In this document: positions 26,555-35,854 of the stretch, piece after piece
Position numbering within the stretch: position 1 is the stretch's first letter
How the letters are laid out: every line of letters starts with the position of its first letter
NCBI GenBank assembly: GCA_964571065.1
Contig: CAZNBI010000003.1
Location: 4,707-40,724 of the forward strand
Direction: 5' to 3'
DNA from: an uncultured Rhodobacterales bacterium
GTDB taxonomy: Bacteria > Pseudomonadota > Alphaproteobacteria > Puniceispirillales > GCA-002684695
Length of the DNA: 36,018 bases
Program-made: the position numbers and the translations under genes
Notes under the pieces: generated by a model
The model's input: only the letters and a program-made list of their open reading frames with translations
Database searches by the model: none
Told to the model about the DNA's origin: nothing

Positions 26555-27331
26555 TTAGTTACCAAAGAAAATTGTAGTAATAAAATAATTTGAAATCAGA
26601 ATTAAAATAGATGATATAACAACAGCATTTGTTGTAGCCTTTCCAACACCTCGAGCGCCTTGGCCACAGTTAAATCCTTGGAAACATCCAATTAATGTAA
26701 TTATGAAACCAAAAACTGTGGCTTTTACTAGTCCTTGAAAAACATCAATTAATTCTAAATACTCAAGTGTTCTATCAATATAAATATAAGAATTAAAACC
26801 TAATTGATATACTCCTATTATCCAGCCACCCATAATACCAATTATGTCTCCTATTAAAACTAAAACTGGTAAGCAAATAATACCTGCTAAAATTCTTGGT
26901 ATTACCAAAAATTGAATTGGTCTTGTAGACATAACATATAACGCGTCTATTTGTTCAGATACTTTCATTGTTCCAATCTCTGCTGCAATTGAAGCACCTA
27001 CCCTGCCTGCAACCATAAGTCCTGCTAATACTGGACCTAATTCTCTTGTTACTGATAGAACAACTACTGTTGCAACTGCATCCTCTGCCCCTAACCTTGC
27101 AAAGCCAGTGTATGATTGAATGGCTAATACCATTCCAGAAAAAATAGCTGTTAAGCCAACAACAGGTAATGACAAATAGCCAATTTCAAAAATCTGTCTA
27201 AATAATTGATTGCCAAAAAAAGGTTTTCTAAATATCCAATAAAAAAATTCACTAGCAAAGAATATTAATCTACCAATATTTGATAATGAAATTAAAGTAT
27301 ATTTACCCAAATTTTGAATAAGATTTGTCAC
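26555..27331 (-). CDS. mlaE: MlaE-family ABC transporter permease
   Basis: The 258-aa sequence has the MlaE pattern: FYWIFRKPF, ELGPVLAGLMVAGRVGASIAAEIGTMKVSEQIDAL and the C-terminal GARGVGKATTNAVV. Confidence 0.9.
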   Translation of the reverse strand: MTNLIQNLGKYTLISLSNIGRLIFFASEFFYWIFRKPFFGNQLFRQIFEIGYLSLPVVGLTAIFSGMVLAIQSYTGFARLGAEDAVATVVVLSVTRELGPVLAGLMVAGRVGASIAAEIGTMKVSEQIDALYVMSTRPIQFLVIPRILAGIICLPVLVLIGDIIGIMGGWIIGVYQLGFNSYIYIDRTLEYLELIDVFQGLVKATVFGFIITLIGCFQGFNCGQGARGVGKATTNAVVISSILILISNYFITTIFFGN

Positions 27332-27352
27332 TTTTTAAAATTTTAGCATTGT

Positions 27353-28438
27353 TTATTTTATATAAACTTTTTTTAATCTTTTGCCAAATGAGGTCATAAT
27401 CTCATAAGGTATAGTTGAACAATCTTTTGCCATATTTTTTATGCTATACTTATTATCTATCAGAGGGATATGGTTGATCTCATCAAGTAATTTATTTGGA
27501 ATTAGTGAGAGATCTACAACAATAGTATCCATAGAAACTCGTCCAAGTATAGGTATACTAAATTCTCCAACTTTAAGTTTTTTCCTTTTATTAATACACC
27601 TTTTTAAACCATCAGCATATCCCACCCCTAATACACCAAGTTTAGTTTTTTTTGTGATTTTATAAATTGCATCATATCCAACTGTCTCACCTATATTTGG
27701 ATATCTTATCTGTAAAATAGGAGCATACAAATTAATTGTATCATCTAAATTAATTTTATCATCATTAACATATCCATATAGTGCTATACCAGGTCTAGAG
27801 ACTTCATCTTTTAATTTATTTTTAAGAAATATACCATGAGAATTTGATAGGCTTCTAGTTATTTTAGGGTAATATTCATTAAAACTCCTAAAAGAGTTTA
27901 ATTGAAGATCATTGAGTTTTGAATTTTTGTTATCAGAACAAGCAAAATGAGATAAAATTAAAATTAGTTTTTTAAAATTTAGTTTACTACTTTCAAAAAG
28001 AATTTTAGCTTCCTTACAAGATAAACCAAGTCGGTTCATACCTGTATCAACATGTAGCATAAATGGAATATTATCTTTTGAAGCATTTAAAACCTGATCA
28101 ACAGTATTGCAGACTGGTACTAAATTATTTTTTTTCCATAGAGAATTTGTTGGATTTAAATATCCATCAAATATAGCAATAGTTTTTGAATTGGGTAAGT
28201 ATTTTCTTAACTCTAAACCTTCTTCAAATTTTGCTACAAAAAAAAAATTACATCCAGATTTGGATAGTATTGGACAAACCTCTTTTACACCGCAACCATA
28301 AGCATCAGCCTTTACAACTGCTGCTGTAAAACCTGGTTTGTTAAATTTAGATAAAAAAAGATAATTTTTAGTTATTTTTTTTAGATTGATTTCAAGAATT
28401 GCATTGCCCTTCTTAAAATCTTTATTGTAAAGATTCAA
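27353..28438 (-). CDS. alr: Alanine racemase
   Basis: The PLP-lysine motif AVVKADAYGCG is present, along with VDTGMNRLG, SHFACSD, RPGIALYG, GYADG and GRVSMD. The start is ambiguous. ATGs at 28501 and 28465 overlap dnaB by 62 and 26 nt. The TTG at 28438 lies 1 nt after the dnaB stop, has AAGGA upstream, and gives a normal-length N-terminus. Confidence 0.85.
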   Translation of the reverse strand: MNLYNKDFKKGNAILEINLKKITKNYLFLSKFNKPGFTAAVVKADAYGCGVKEVCPILSKSGCNFFFVAKFEEGLELRKYLPNSKTIAIFDGYLNPTNSLWKKNNLVPVCNTVDQVLNASKDNIPFMLHVDTGMNRLGLSCKEAKILFESSKLNFKKLILILSHFACSDNKNSKLNDLQLNSFRSFNEYYPKITRSLSNSHGIFLKNKLKDEVSRPGIALYGYVNDDKINLDDTINLYAPILQIRYPNIGETVGYDAIYKITKKTKLGVLGVGYADGLKRCINKRKKLKVGEFSIPILGRVSMDTIVVDLSLIPNKLLDEINHIPLIDNKYSIKNMAKDCSTIPYEIMTSFGKRLKKVYIK

Positions 28439-28439
28439 A

Positions 28440-29936
28440 TTAAAATCCTTCAGGAATATTGTCATTGCGTATAAAATTTCCAAATTTTGTAAATCTATCA
28501 TTAAAAGATAAATTTATAGTTCCTATTGGTCCGTGGCGTTGTTTAGCAATTATTATTTGAGCCTGACCTTTGATTTTTTCATAATAAGATTTCCAATTTT
28601 CATATCTTTCGTTAAGCTGCTCTTCTGTTTCACCACCTTTTCTTATTGGCTCCATCTTTTCATGATAATAATCTTCCCTAAATACAAACATAACAACATC
28701 AGCATCTTGTTCAATAGAACCACTTTCCCTTAAATCAGCAAGATTAGGTCTTTTATCCTCTCTTTGTTCAACAGCACGACTTAATTGAGATAATGCAACT
28801 ACTGGTATATTTAATTCTTTTGCAATAGCTTTTAGTCCTCTTGTAATGGTTGATAATTCTTGAACTCTATTTTCATTATTTTTATTAAGTCCCATGATTA
28901 ACTGGATATAGTCTATAACTATTAGACCTAAGTTACCATTAAGTTGTCTCTTTAGTCTTCTAGACCGGCTTGCAATTTGCGCAATAGATATTGCTGGGGT
29001 TTCATCAATATAAAAAGGGGCCTCATAAATACTAGTATTTGCTTTAATTAATTTATTATAAGCATTTTCATTTAAATTTTTTCCCGTTCTTAAATGCTCT
29101 GAGTCAATGTTTGATCTTTCAGATAGTATTCTTGTAGCAAGTTGCACTGAAGACATTTCTAAAGAAAAAAATAAAACAGGTCTGGGAGCCACTTTGTTAT
29201 TTGGTGATGCAACATGAAAAGCAATATTTGTAGCTAAAGCGGTTTTCCCCATCCCAGGTCTCCCGGCAATTATAAGGAGATCTGAAGCATGCAATCCACC
29301 AAGTTTTGAATTAAGATCAATAAGGCCAGTATCTAATCCTGAGAGATTGCCGTCATGTTTCAGTGTTGTGTCTATTTGTTTTATAGTATCAGTCAGCACT
29401 ATATCAAAATTTTTAGGCCCTTGCTCTAAAAGGCCATTTTCAGCGAGTCCATAAAGTTTACTTTCAGCTTGTTCAATTTGTTTTTCTGAAATATCCTCAA
29501 TTTTAAGATCAGATGCATCATTTATCATTTCAGAGCCTATTCGAATTAACTCTCTTCTAAAGAAGCACTCTTTAATTTCCAGCGCATAGTCTTTAATCGC
29601 TGAAAAATTTCCAACACCGTCAATTAGGTTTTGCAAATAATTCCTATTGCTTTCAATTTCAGGAAAATTTATCTCATCTTCTGAAAAAAATGCCTTTAAA
29701 GTTATTGGGCTTGCCAATTGCCCTCTATTTATGAGTTTACTGCAAGAACTAAATATCTTTTTATGCAAAGGGTCATAAAAGTGATTTTCTTTAATGCTTT
29801 CTGAAATTTTATCAAATGATTCATTATCATATAATATTGATCCTAAAACATTTTGTTCAGCCTCGATATTTTGAGGCAACTCTCTATTACTTTGGAAATT
29901 TTTTCCAATTTCATTTTTTTGAATTTCTGAAGACAT
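28440..29936 (-). CDS. dnaB: Replicative DNA helicase DnaB
   Basis: The N-terminal domain reads PQNIEAEQNVLGSIL. It has Walker A GRPGMGKTALATNIA, Walker B LIVIDYIQL and the motifs SQLSRAVEQR and IAKQRHGP. The ORF track starts at TTG 29954; the ATG at 29936 (MSSEIQ...) is preferred. Confidence 0.95.
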   Translation of the reverse strand: MSSEIQKNEIGKNFQSNRELPQNIEAEQNVLGSILYDNESFDKISESIKENHFYDPLHKKIFSSCSKLINRGQLASPITLKAFFSEDEINFPEIESNRNYLQNLIDGVGNFSAIKDYALEIKECFFRRELIRIGSEMINDASDLKIEDISEKQIEQAESKLYGLAENGLLEQGPKNFDIVLTDTIKQIDTTLKHDGNLSGLDTGLIDLNSKLGGLHASDLLIIAGRPGMGKTALATNIAFHVASPNNKVAPRPVLFFSLEMSSVQLATRILSERSNIDSEHLRTGKNLNENAYNKLIKANTSIYEAPFYIDETPAISIAQIASRSRRLKRQLNGNLGLIVIDYIQLIMGLNKNNENRVQELSTITRGLKAIAKELNIPVVALSQLSRAVEQREDKRPNLADLRESGSIEQDADVVMFVFREDYYHEKMEPIRKGGETEEQLNERYENWKSYYEKIKGQAQIIIAKQRHGPIGTINLSFNDRFTKFGNFIRNDNIPEGF

Positions 29937-30000
29937 GCTATTAAGATATAGCAAATTAAATTTATAAAATAGATAAAATTTCTTAAATTTAACTGTTAAT

Positions 30001-30018
30001 AATGGTAATAATGGTAAT
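30001..30018. repeat. Tandem 9-mer AATGGTAAT x2 (plus a partial preceding copy, TAAT) in the rplI-dnaB spacer
   Basis: Read directly: 29997-30020 is TAAT AATGGTAAT AATGGTAAT TA. Confidence 0.5.
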
Positions 30019-30036
30019 TAATATGAAATTTATTTT

Positions 30037-30663
30037 TTAACTTTTTGGTGATTTATCATTTGGGTCATTACCACTTGATGTTTCAATTAATGCTTCATCC
30101 CCATCTAACTTATCAATGCTAATTTCATCAATAGTTTTTGGGTCAATGCTATCATCATTATTTTCTTCAACACTTTCAACAACCGCTTTGCCAGTTTTTT
30201 CTTGAATTAAGGCCTCTTCTTCTGTTCTTGCCACATTAAGTTTAATGTTTTTACCAACTTCAGGGTGTAGTTTAATTTCAACTTCATATATACCCAAATC
30301 TTTTATAGTTTTTTCTAAAACTATTTGCTTATGTGTTATTGAGTGATTTTTTTCTTTAAGGAGTTTTGAAATATCCCTAGTACTTACTGAACCATATAGC
30401 AGACCTGTCTCAGACGCTGGCCTTAATATTATTAAAGAAATATCCTTTAATTCTTTGGACAGCTTTTCAGCCTCACTTTTGCTTTTATTATTTTCTTCTT
30501 CTCTGACTGACCTCTCTTTTTCAAAAATCTCAATATTTTCTTTAGTTGCTCTAATAGCTTTTTTTTGTGGTAGTAGATAATTTCTAGCGTAACCCGGTTT
30601 TACCTGTACAATATCTCCTAATTTACCTAGGTTATTGACTTTTTCTGTAAGTATAATATTCAT
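30037..30663 (-). CDS. rplI: 50S ribosomal protein L9 with an acidic C-terminal tail
   Basis: The N-terminus is MNIILTEKVNNLGKLGDIVQVKPGYARNYLLPQKKA. It sits in the rpsF-rpsR-rplI context. Confidence 0.92.
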   Translation of the reverse strand: MNIILTEKVNNLGKLGDIVQVKPGYARNYLLPQKKAIRATKENIEIFEKERSVREEENNKSKSEAEKLSKELKDISLIILRPASETGLLYGSVSTRDISKLLKEKNHSITHKQIVLEKTIKDLGIYEVEIKLHPEVGKNIKLNVARTEEEALIQEKTGKAVVESVEENNDDSIDPKTIDEISIDKLDGDEALIETSSGNDPNDKSPKS

Positions 30664-30692
30664 GAATTTACTCTTTAAATAATTAGTTTTGT

Positions 30693-30947
30693 TTATAAAG
30701 ATACATAAGGCATAAGAGCTAAGAATCTTGCACGTTTTATAGCTTTTGATAATTCTCTTTGTTTAATCGTTGATATTGATGAAATTCTGCTTGGAATGAT
30801 TTTGCCTCTTTCAGTAACATATCGAGATAGTAATTTGACATCTTTGTAGTCAATTACAGGTGCATTTGGTCCAGAAAATGGACAAGATTTTTTTCTTTTA
30901 AAAAAAGGTTTTTTTGATGAATCATTTTTGAAGCTTAAATCATTCAT
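30693..30947 (-). CDS. rpsR: 30S ribosomal protein S18
   Basis: The sequence CPFSG....[50 protein letters not shown] is the canonical S18 core. Confidence 0.92.
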   Translation of the reverse strand: MNDLSFKNDSSKKPFFKRKKSCPFSGPNAPVIDYKDVKLLSRYVTERGKIIPSRISSISTIKQRELSKAIKRARFLALMPYVSL

Positions 30948-31351
30948 TATTTTTCTCCACTATTACTATGATTATTCTGAGAAATATCGTTTTCGTTTGT
31001 TTTAGTATTATATTCTTCCGTTGGCTTACTGTTTTCATTGCTTAAGATTGATGGTTTTTCATCAATCTTATCAATCTTAATTGTTAAAAACCTAATAATA
31101 TCTTCATTAATTCTCATTTGTCTTTCGTATTCAAAAATTGTATTAGGAGCTGAGTCAAGATTAAGCATAAAATAATGCCCTTTCTTGTTTTTATTAATTT
31201 TATAAGCAAAACTTCTTAAACCCCATTGTTCTTTTTTTACAACTTTACCTTCGTCTTTTGTTATAATATCAGAAAGATTGTTGATAAGATTATCAATTTG
31301 AGTTTCAGTAAGTTCAGGACGTGCTATTACAACACTCTCATAGAAAGCCAT
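30947..31351 (-). CDS. rpsF: 30S ribosomal protein S6
   Basis: [22 protein letters not shown]...[25 protein letters not shown] is the S6 signature. Its stop overlaps the rpsR start (TAATG). The SD AAGGAG lies 5 nt upstream of the ATG. Confidence 0.92.
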   Translation of the reverse strand: MAFYESVVIARPELTETQIDNLINNLSDIITKDEGKVVKKEQWGLRSFAYKINKNKKGHYFMLNLDSAPNTIFEYERQMRINEDIIRFLTIKIDKIDEKPSILSNENSKPTEEYNTKTNENDISQNNHSNSGEK

Positions 31352-31412
31352 ATTTTCTCCTTTTGGCTATTTAGACGTTTAAAACGTCCTAACCGGATAA
31401 ACCGGCAAGGAG
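31352..31412 (-). promoter_or_regulatory. Structured 5' leader of rpsF-rpsR-rplI with an SD-sequestering helix; candidate S6:S18 autoregulatory leader
   Basis: The minus strand reads CTCCTT GCCGGTTTATCCGGT TAG GACGTTTTAAACGTC TAAATAGCCAA AAGGAG AAAAT ATG. CTCCTT (31412-31407) is complementary to the SD AAGGAG (31362-31357). The pairing encloses two GC-containing hairpins, CCGG/CCGG and GACGTT/AACGTC, in otherwise AT-rich DNA. Confidence 0.5.
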
Positions 31413-31482
31413 CAATTTTGTAGTGGCAATTATATTTATTTTATGGGAAAGTTCAAGTATTTAAATCAATATGGTTTTATAA

Positions 31483-32436
31483 ATGACAATTTTAGCTGTA
31501 TTTCCAGGACAAGGATCCCAAAAAGTAGGAATGGGCTTGGAATTATGTAACAATTTCAAATCTGCACAAATGGTATTTGATGAAGTTGATGAAGCTCTCT
31601 CATTTAAGCTTTCTAAAGTTATGAAAGAAGGCGATGATGAAACGTTAAAACTTACTGAAAATGCTCAACCTGCTCTAATGGCAACTGGAATTGCAGTTGT
31701 GAGAGTTATAGAAGAGTTAACTGGAAAAACTTTAAGTAAAATAGTTAGCCATGCCGCAGGTCATTCATTAGGTGAATATACTTCATTAGTAAGTGCTGGA
31801 AGTCTAACGATTTATGAAGCAGCGCGACTTTTGAAAATAAGAGGAATGGCTATGCAAAATGCAGTTCCAGTAGGACAAGGTTCAATGGCAGCTATTCTTG
31901 GCGCTTCTATTGAAGATATTGAACATTTTATAGCCTTAGTAGATAGTTCTAATGGGATAGTTGAGATAGCAAATGATAATGCTCCAGGTCAAGTGGTTGT
32001 AAGTGGCAATGTAGCAGCTCTAAACATATTAATTCAGCTTGCAAAAGATAGTGGAATAAGAAAGATCATTCCACTATCTGTCAGCGCTCCATTCCATTGT
32101 TCATTGATGGAACCAGCTGCTGAAAATATGGAAATTGCTTTAAAAAAAATTAAACTAGTTGAGCCAGATTTTCCTATTATATGTAATGTTTCTTCAATAC
32201 CTGAAACTTCCACACAAATAATAAAAAACAACTTAATTTTGCAAATAACTCATAGAGTAAGATGGAGGGAAACTATGGAATCTCTCTCAAGATTAGGCAT
32301 TAATCAAATAGTTGAGATGGGAACAGGGAAAGTATTAACAGGCCTTGCCAAAAGAGGTGCCCCTGAGCTTAATTCTTTAAATCTTCAGAACTCAGAAGAA
32401 ATTTTGCAATGGATTAAAACAGAAAAGTTAGTATGA
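31483..32436 (+). CDS. fabD: Malonyl-CoA:ACP transacylase
   Basis: FPGQGSQKVGMG, the active site GHSLGEYTSL and the motifs NAPGQVVVSG and SAPFHCSLM are present. Confidence 0.95.
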   Translation: MTILAVFPGQGSQKVGMGLELCNNFKSAQMVFDEVDEALSFKLSKVMKEGDDETLKLTENAQPALMATGIAVVRVIEELTGKTLSKIVSHAAGHSLGEYTSLVSAGSLTIYEAARLLKIRGMAMQNAVPVGQGSMAAILGASIEDIEHFIALVDSSNGIVEIANDNAPGQVVVSGNVAALNILIQLAKDSGIRKIIPLSVSAPFHCSLMEPAAENMEIALKKIKLVEPDFPIICNVSSIPETSTQIIKNNLILQITHRVRWRETMESLSRLGINQIVEMGTGKVLTGLAKRGAPELNSLNLQNSEEILQWIKTEKLV

Positions 32437-32445
32437 GGATATAAA

Positions 32446-33174
32446 ATGAGTATTTTCAAAAATAGAGTAGCTTTAATTACTGGTGCCTCAGGTGAAATTG
32501 GTAAAGAGCTTGCTATTGAACTAAATAAAAAAGGAGCATCTATAATTTTAGCAGGAAGAAGGAGAGAAGTTTTAAATAATATTGGAAAAAATTTAGAAGG
32601 GGATGTTAAAATCATAGATGAAAGTATTGATAATTTCTCAAACTTTGAAAAAGCACTTCTATCTACTGATGCTAAAATAGATATTCTAGTAAATAATGCT
32701 GGTATTACAAAAGATAATCTTCTTATTAGAATGAGTGAGAATGATATTGATGATGTAATAAATGTTAATTTAAATTCACTTATTAAAATTACAAAATTTG
32801 CTTTAAAAAATATGATGAAAAATAAATTTGGAAGAATAATTTCAATTTCGTCCGTTGTTGGATTTACAGGAAACCCAGGTCAGGCAAACTATTGCGCTTC
32901 AAAGTCAGGTATTATTGGTTTTACAAAATCCTTAGCTTTAGAGGTTGCTTCAAGAGGCATCACTGTAAATGCCATTGCACCTGGTTTTATTTCATCTGCC
33001 ATGACAGACAAACTGACAGAAGACCAAAGAGAAAAAATAATATCTAACATACCTGTAAATAGGCTAGGCACTCCAAAAGATGTTGCCAATGCAGTAATTT
33101 TTTTAGCAAAAGAAGATTCTTCCTATATAACTGGAAATACTATCCATGTTAATGGAGGATTGGCAATGGTTTAA
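32446..33174 (+). CDS. fabG: 3-oxoacyl-ACP reductase
   Basis: TGASGEIGKELA, NNAGITKDNL, the catalytic YCASKSG and the ending IHVNGGLAM are present. It sits between fabD and acpP. Confidence 0.95.
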   Translation: MSIFKNRVALITGASGEIGKELAIELNKKGASIILAGRRREVLNNIGKNLEGDVKIIDESIDNFSNFEKALLSTDAKIDILVNNAGITKDNLLIRMSENDIDDVINVNLNSLIKITKFALKNMMKNKFGRIISISSVVGFTGNPGQANYCASKSGIIGFTKSLALEVASRGITVNAIAPGFISSAMTDKLTEDQREKIISNIPVNRLGTPKDVANAVIFLAKEDSSYITGNTIHVNGGLAMV

Positions 33175-33268
33175 TTATTTTTAAGAATTTTGAAAATAGT
33201 TCTAGTTTTTATTAATAATATATGTTAATTGCCACGCGATTTATATTAAATTTTTAAATGAGGATAAA

Positions 33269-33499
33269 ATGAGCGATACTTCAGATAGAGTAAAAAAAAT
33301 TGTAGTAGAACATCTTGGTGTAGATGAAAGTAAGGTTAATGATGCAGCATCATTTATTGATGATTTAGGCGCAGATAGCTTAGATACTGTTGAATTGGTT
33401 ATGGCCTTTGAAGAGGAGTTTGAAATAGAAATTCCTGATGATGCAGCAGAAAAAATTCAGACTATAAAAGATGCTATAGATTTTATAGAAGCTGCATAA
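33269..33499 (+). CDS. acpP: Acyl carrier protein
   Basis: The phosphopantetheine attachment motif [20 protein letters not shown] is present in a 76-aa protein, with the SD GAGGA upstream. Confidence 0.97.
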   Translation: MSDTSDRVKKIVVEHLGVDESKVNDAASFIDDLGADSLDTVELVMAFEEEFEIEIPDDAAEKIQTIKDAIDFIEAA

Positions 33500-33505
33500 C
33501 TTAAT

Positions 33506-34774
33506 ATGTTTAATAGGCGCGTTGTAGTCACGGGTATTGGTATTGTTTCGCCACTTGGTTTAGGTCAAAAAAATAATTGGAAGAGGCTTATTTCAGGTCA
33601 AAGTGGGATAGATACCATAAAGTCTTTTGAAGCCTCGGAACTTACGTGTAAAATTGGAGGCGAAATTCCTTTTGGTTCTTTTGAAGAAGGAAACCTAGAT
33701 TTAAATGAATGGTTTGACATCAAAGATCAAAGAAAATTAGATAGATTTATTATGTTAGGATTAATAGCTGCCGAAGAAGCTATAAAAGATTCTAACATTG
33801 ATCTTTCAAATGAACAAATTTTAGAAAAATCGGGAGTAATTGTTGGTTCTGGGATTGGGGGATTAAAAACAATTTCGGAGACTTCTATTTTATTAGAGCA
33901 AAAAGGTCCAAGAAGGATCTCTCCTTTTTTTATTCCTTCATCTTTAATAAATTTAATATCTGGTCAGATATCGATTAAATATGGCTTTAAAGGTCCAAAT
34001 CATTCTGTAGTAACTGCTTGTTCTACTGGCAGCCATGCTATTGGAGATGCTTCAAGAATAATTTCAGATGGAGATGCAGATATTATGATTGCAGGAGGAG
34101 CAGAGGCAGCTATATGTAAATTAGGTGTTGCTGGGTTTGCTGCAGCTAGAGCACTTTCAACCTCATTTAACGATAGTCCAAAAAAGGCCTCTAGACCTTG
34201 GGATAAAGATAGAGATGGGTTTGTGATGGGTGAGGGAGCTGGAATACTTATTCTTGAAGAATATGAGCATGCGAAAAAAAGAGACGCGAATATATATGCA
34301 GAAGTTATTGGGTATGGCATGTCAGGTGACGCATATCATATTACAGCTCCTGAGCCAACAGGATTAGGGGCTTTAAAATCAATGCAAAATGCACTAAAAC
34401 GTGCTTGTATAGACCCATCAGATTTAGATTATATTAATGCACATGGAACATCGACGCCGCTTGGAGATATAATTGAACTCCAAGCTGTTACCAAATTAAT
34501 GAAAGGCAAACTTGACCAACTTGTTATGTCAAGTACTAAATCTTCTATAGGTCACCTTTTGGGTGCTGCTGGTGCTGTTGAAGCTATTTTTTCAATTTTA
34601 GCAATGAAAAATAAAATAATACCTCCTACTATCAATCTTGACACCAAGGCAGATGAAGCGAGTCATTTTAATTTAGCTCCAAACTTTTCTCTAGAGAAAA
34701 AAATTAGTTATTGTTTATCTAATTCTTTTGGCTTCGGGGGGACAAATGCATCTTTGGTTTTCAAACACTTGTAA
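33506..34774 (+). CDS. fabF: Beta-ketoacyl-ACP synthase II
   Basis: RRVVVTGIGIVSPLG, the active-site ACSTGSHAIGDA, and HGTSTPLGD, KSSIGHLLGAAG and NSFGFGGTNASLVF are present. Confidence 0.95.
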   Translation: MFNRRVVVTGIGIVSPLGLGQKNNWKRLISGQSGIDTIKSFEASELTCKIGGEIPFGSFEEGNLDLNEWFDIKDQRKLDRFIMLGLIAAEEAIKDSNIDLSNEQILEKSGVIVGSGIGGLKTISETSILLEQKGPRRISPFFIPSSLINLISGQISIKYGFKGPNHSVVTACSTGSHAIGDASRIISDGDADIMIAGGAEAAICKLGVAGFAAARALSTSFNDSPKKASRPWDKDRDGFVMGEGAGILILEEYEHAKKRDANIYAEVIGYGMSGDAYHITAPEPTGLGALKSMQNALKRACIDPSDLDYINAHGTSTPLGDIIELQAVTKLMKGKLDQLVMSSTKSSIGHLLGAAGAVEAIFSILAMKNKIIPPTINLDTKADEASHFNLAPNFSLEKKISYCLSNSFGFGGTNASLVFKHL

Positions 34775-34786
34775 TTTTTTTTCTGA

Positions 34787-35842
34787 ATGAATTTAAACAA
34801 AGTTTTTGTAACAATAATTTATATATTTTTGTTTATTATTGTTTTAAGTGTAATTTTATTATCATTCTTAAACAAAGAAATACATAAGCCTTTAGAAGTT
34901 TCTGATGATTTTGTTTTAGAAGTTAAAAAAGGCGCTAATTCAGAGCAAATTTTTCAGCTATTAAAAAAATACAATTTAGTCCACAGTCGTATAAAATATA
35001 ACTATTTAGTATACGCTAAAGGAAGTGAATATCTTCCAAAATATGGTCAATATTTAATTCCAAAAAATTCAAGCCTTAATTCAATTTTAGATATTTTTAA
35101 CTCAGGTGAATCAATTGAATATAAGATTACCATTCCTGAAGGATTAACAACTAGGAAAATTTTAGAAATTGTATCTAAAAATGAAATTTTAAAAGGTTTG
35201 ATTAATCAGAATTATTTAGACAAAGAGGGTGATTTTTTACCTGAAACCTACTTTTTTACATATGGATATTCAAGAAATTCTCTTTTAGAAAGAATGAAAA
35301 AAAAATTAATTTATGTTATCGATGATGAATGGAATAAAAGAGATACCTCTTTGCCATATAAAAATAAAAATGAGGCACTGGTGATAGCAAGTTTAATAGA
35401 AAGTGAAGCTTCCTTAGATCAAGAGAGAAAGTTGATTGCTTCAGTTTTTATAAATAGGTTAAGAAAAAATATGAGACTTCAATCTGATCCAACTGTCAAA
35501 TATGGGTTAGAAAAATTACATAAATTAAAAATAAAAACTATTAAGAAGTCTCATTTAAAAATTGATCATCCATGGAATACTTATACTAGAAATGGGTTGC
35601 CAATTACACCGATTTGCAATCCAGGAAAAAGCTCGATCATTGCAGCATTAAATCCTTTACAAACAGATTATTTGTATTTTGTTGCAGATAAAAAAGGGGG
35701 GCATTTTTTTGCTAAAAATCTGAAAGATCATAATAAAAATATCAACTATACTAAAAAGAATACTCTATCTAAACTGAATGATAATAGTTCTATATTTTTT
35801 TCTGATAATGATTTACCATTAAGCAAACCTAGAAATAAATAA
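34787..35842 (+). CDS. mltG: Endolytic murein transglycosylase MltG (YceG-like)
   Basis: It has an N-terminal TM anchor, the IPEGLT motif, the catalytic-region LASLIESEA, and FINRLRKNMRLQSDPTV and YNTY...GLPITPICNPG. The position after fabF is conserved. Confidence 0.85.
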   Translation: MNLNKVFVTIIYIFLFIIVLSVILLSFLNKEIHKPLEVSDDFVLEVKKGANSEQIFQLLKKYNLVHSRIKYNYLVYAKGSEYLPKYGQYLIPKNSSLNSILDIFNSGESIEYKITIPEGLTTRKILEIVSKNEILKGLINQNYLDKEGDFLPETYFFTYGYSRNSLLERMKKKLIYVIDDEWNKRDTSLPYKNKNEALVIASLIESEASLDQERKLIASVFINRLRKNMRLQSDPTVKYGLEKLHKLKIKTIKKSHLKIDHPWNTYTRNGLPITPICNPGKSSIIAALNPLQTDYLYFVADKKGGHFFAKNLKDHNKNINYTKKNTLSKLNDNSSIFFSDNDLPLSKPRNK

Positions 35843-35854
35843 TTATTACTTGAA

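Noticed and set aside
30037-30230. The acidic ~55-aa C-terminal extension of ribosomal protein L9 looked like a possible novelty.
   Set aside because: As I recall, alphaproteobacterial L9 proteins commonly carry such low-complexity acidic tails (about 190-210 aa in total), so this is probably lineage-typical.
31226-31423. A 65-aa plus-strand ORF spans the rpsF start and its leader.
   Set aside because: It is antisense to rpsF and the structured leader, its translation is low-complexity, and the region is better explained by the rpsF 5' end and regulatory RNA.
1010-34320. About 30 ORF-track entries of 60-152 aa lie antisense inside well-supported genes, for example 1010-1201, 2222-2629, 2937-3395, 11758-12012, 22145-22486, 24516-24773 and 34000-34320.
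   Set aside because: Each is fully embedded opposite a CDS with clear family motifs. Their translations are low-complexity, Ile/Phe/Ser/Leu-rich strings typical of the reverse frames of AT-rich genes. None has a recognisable motif or its own spacer.
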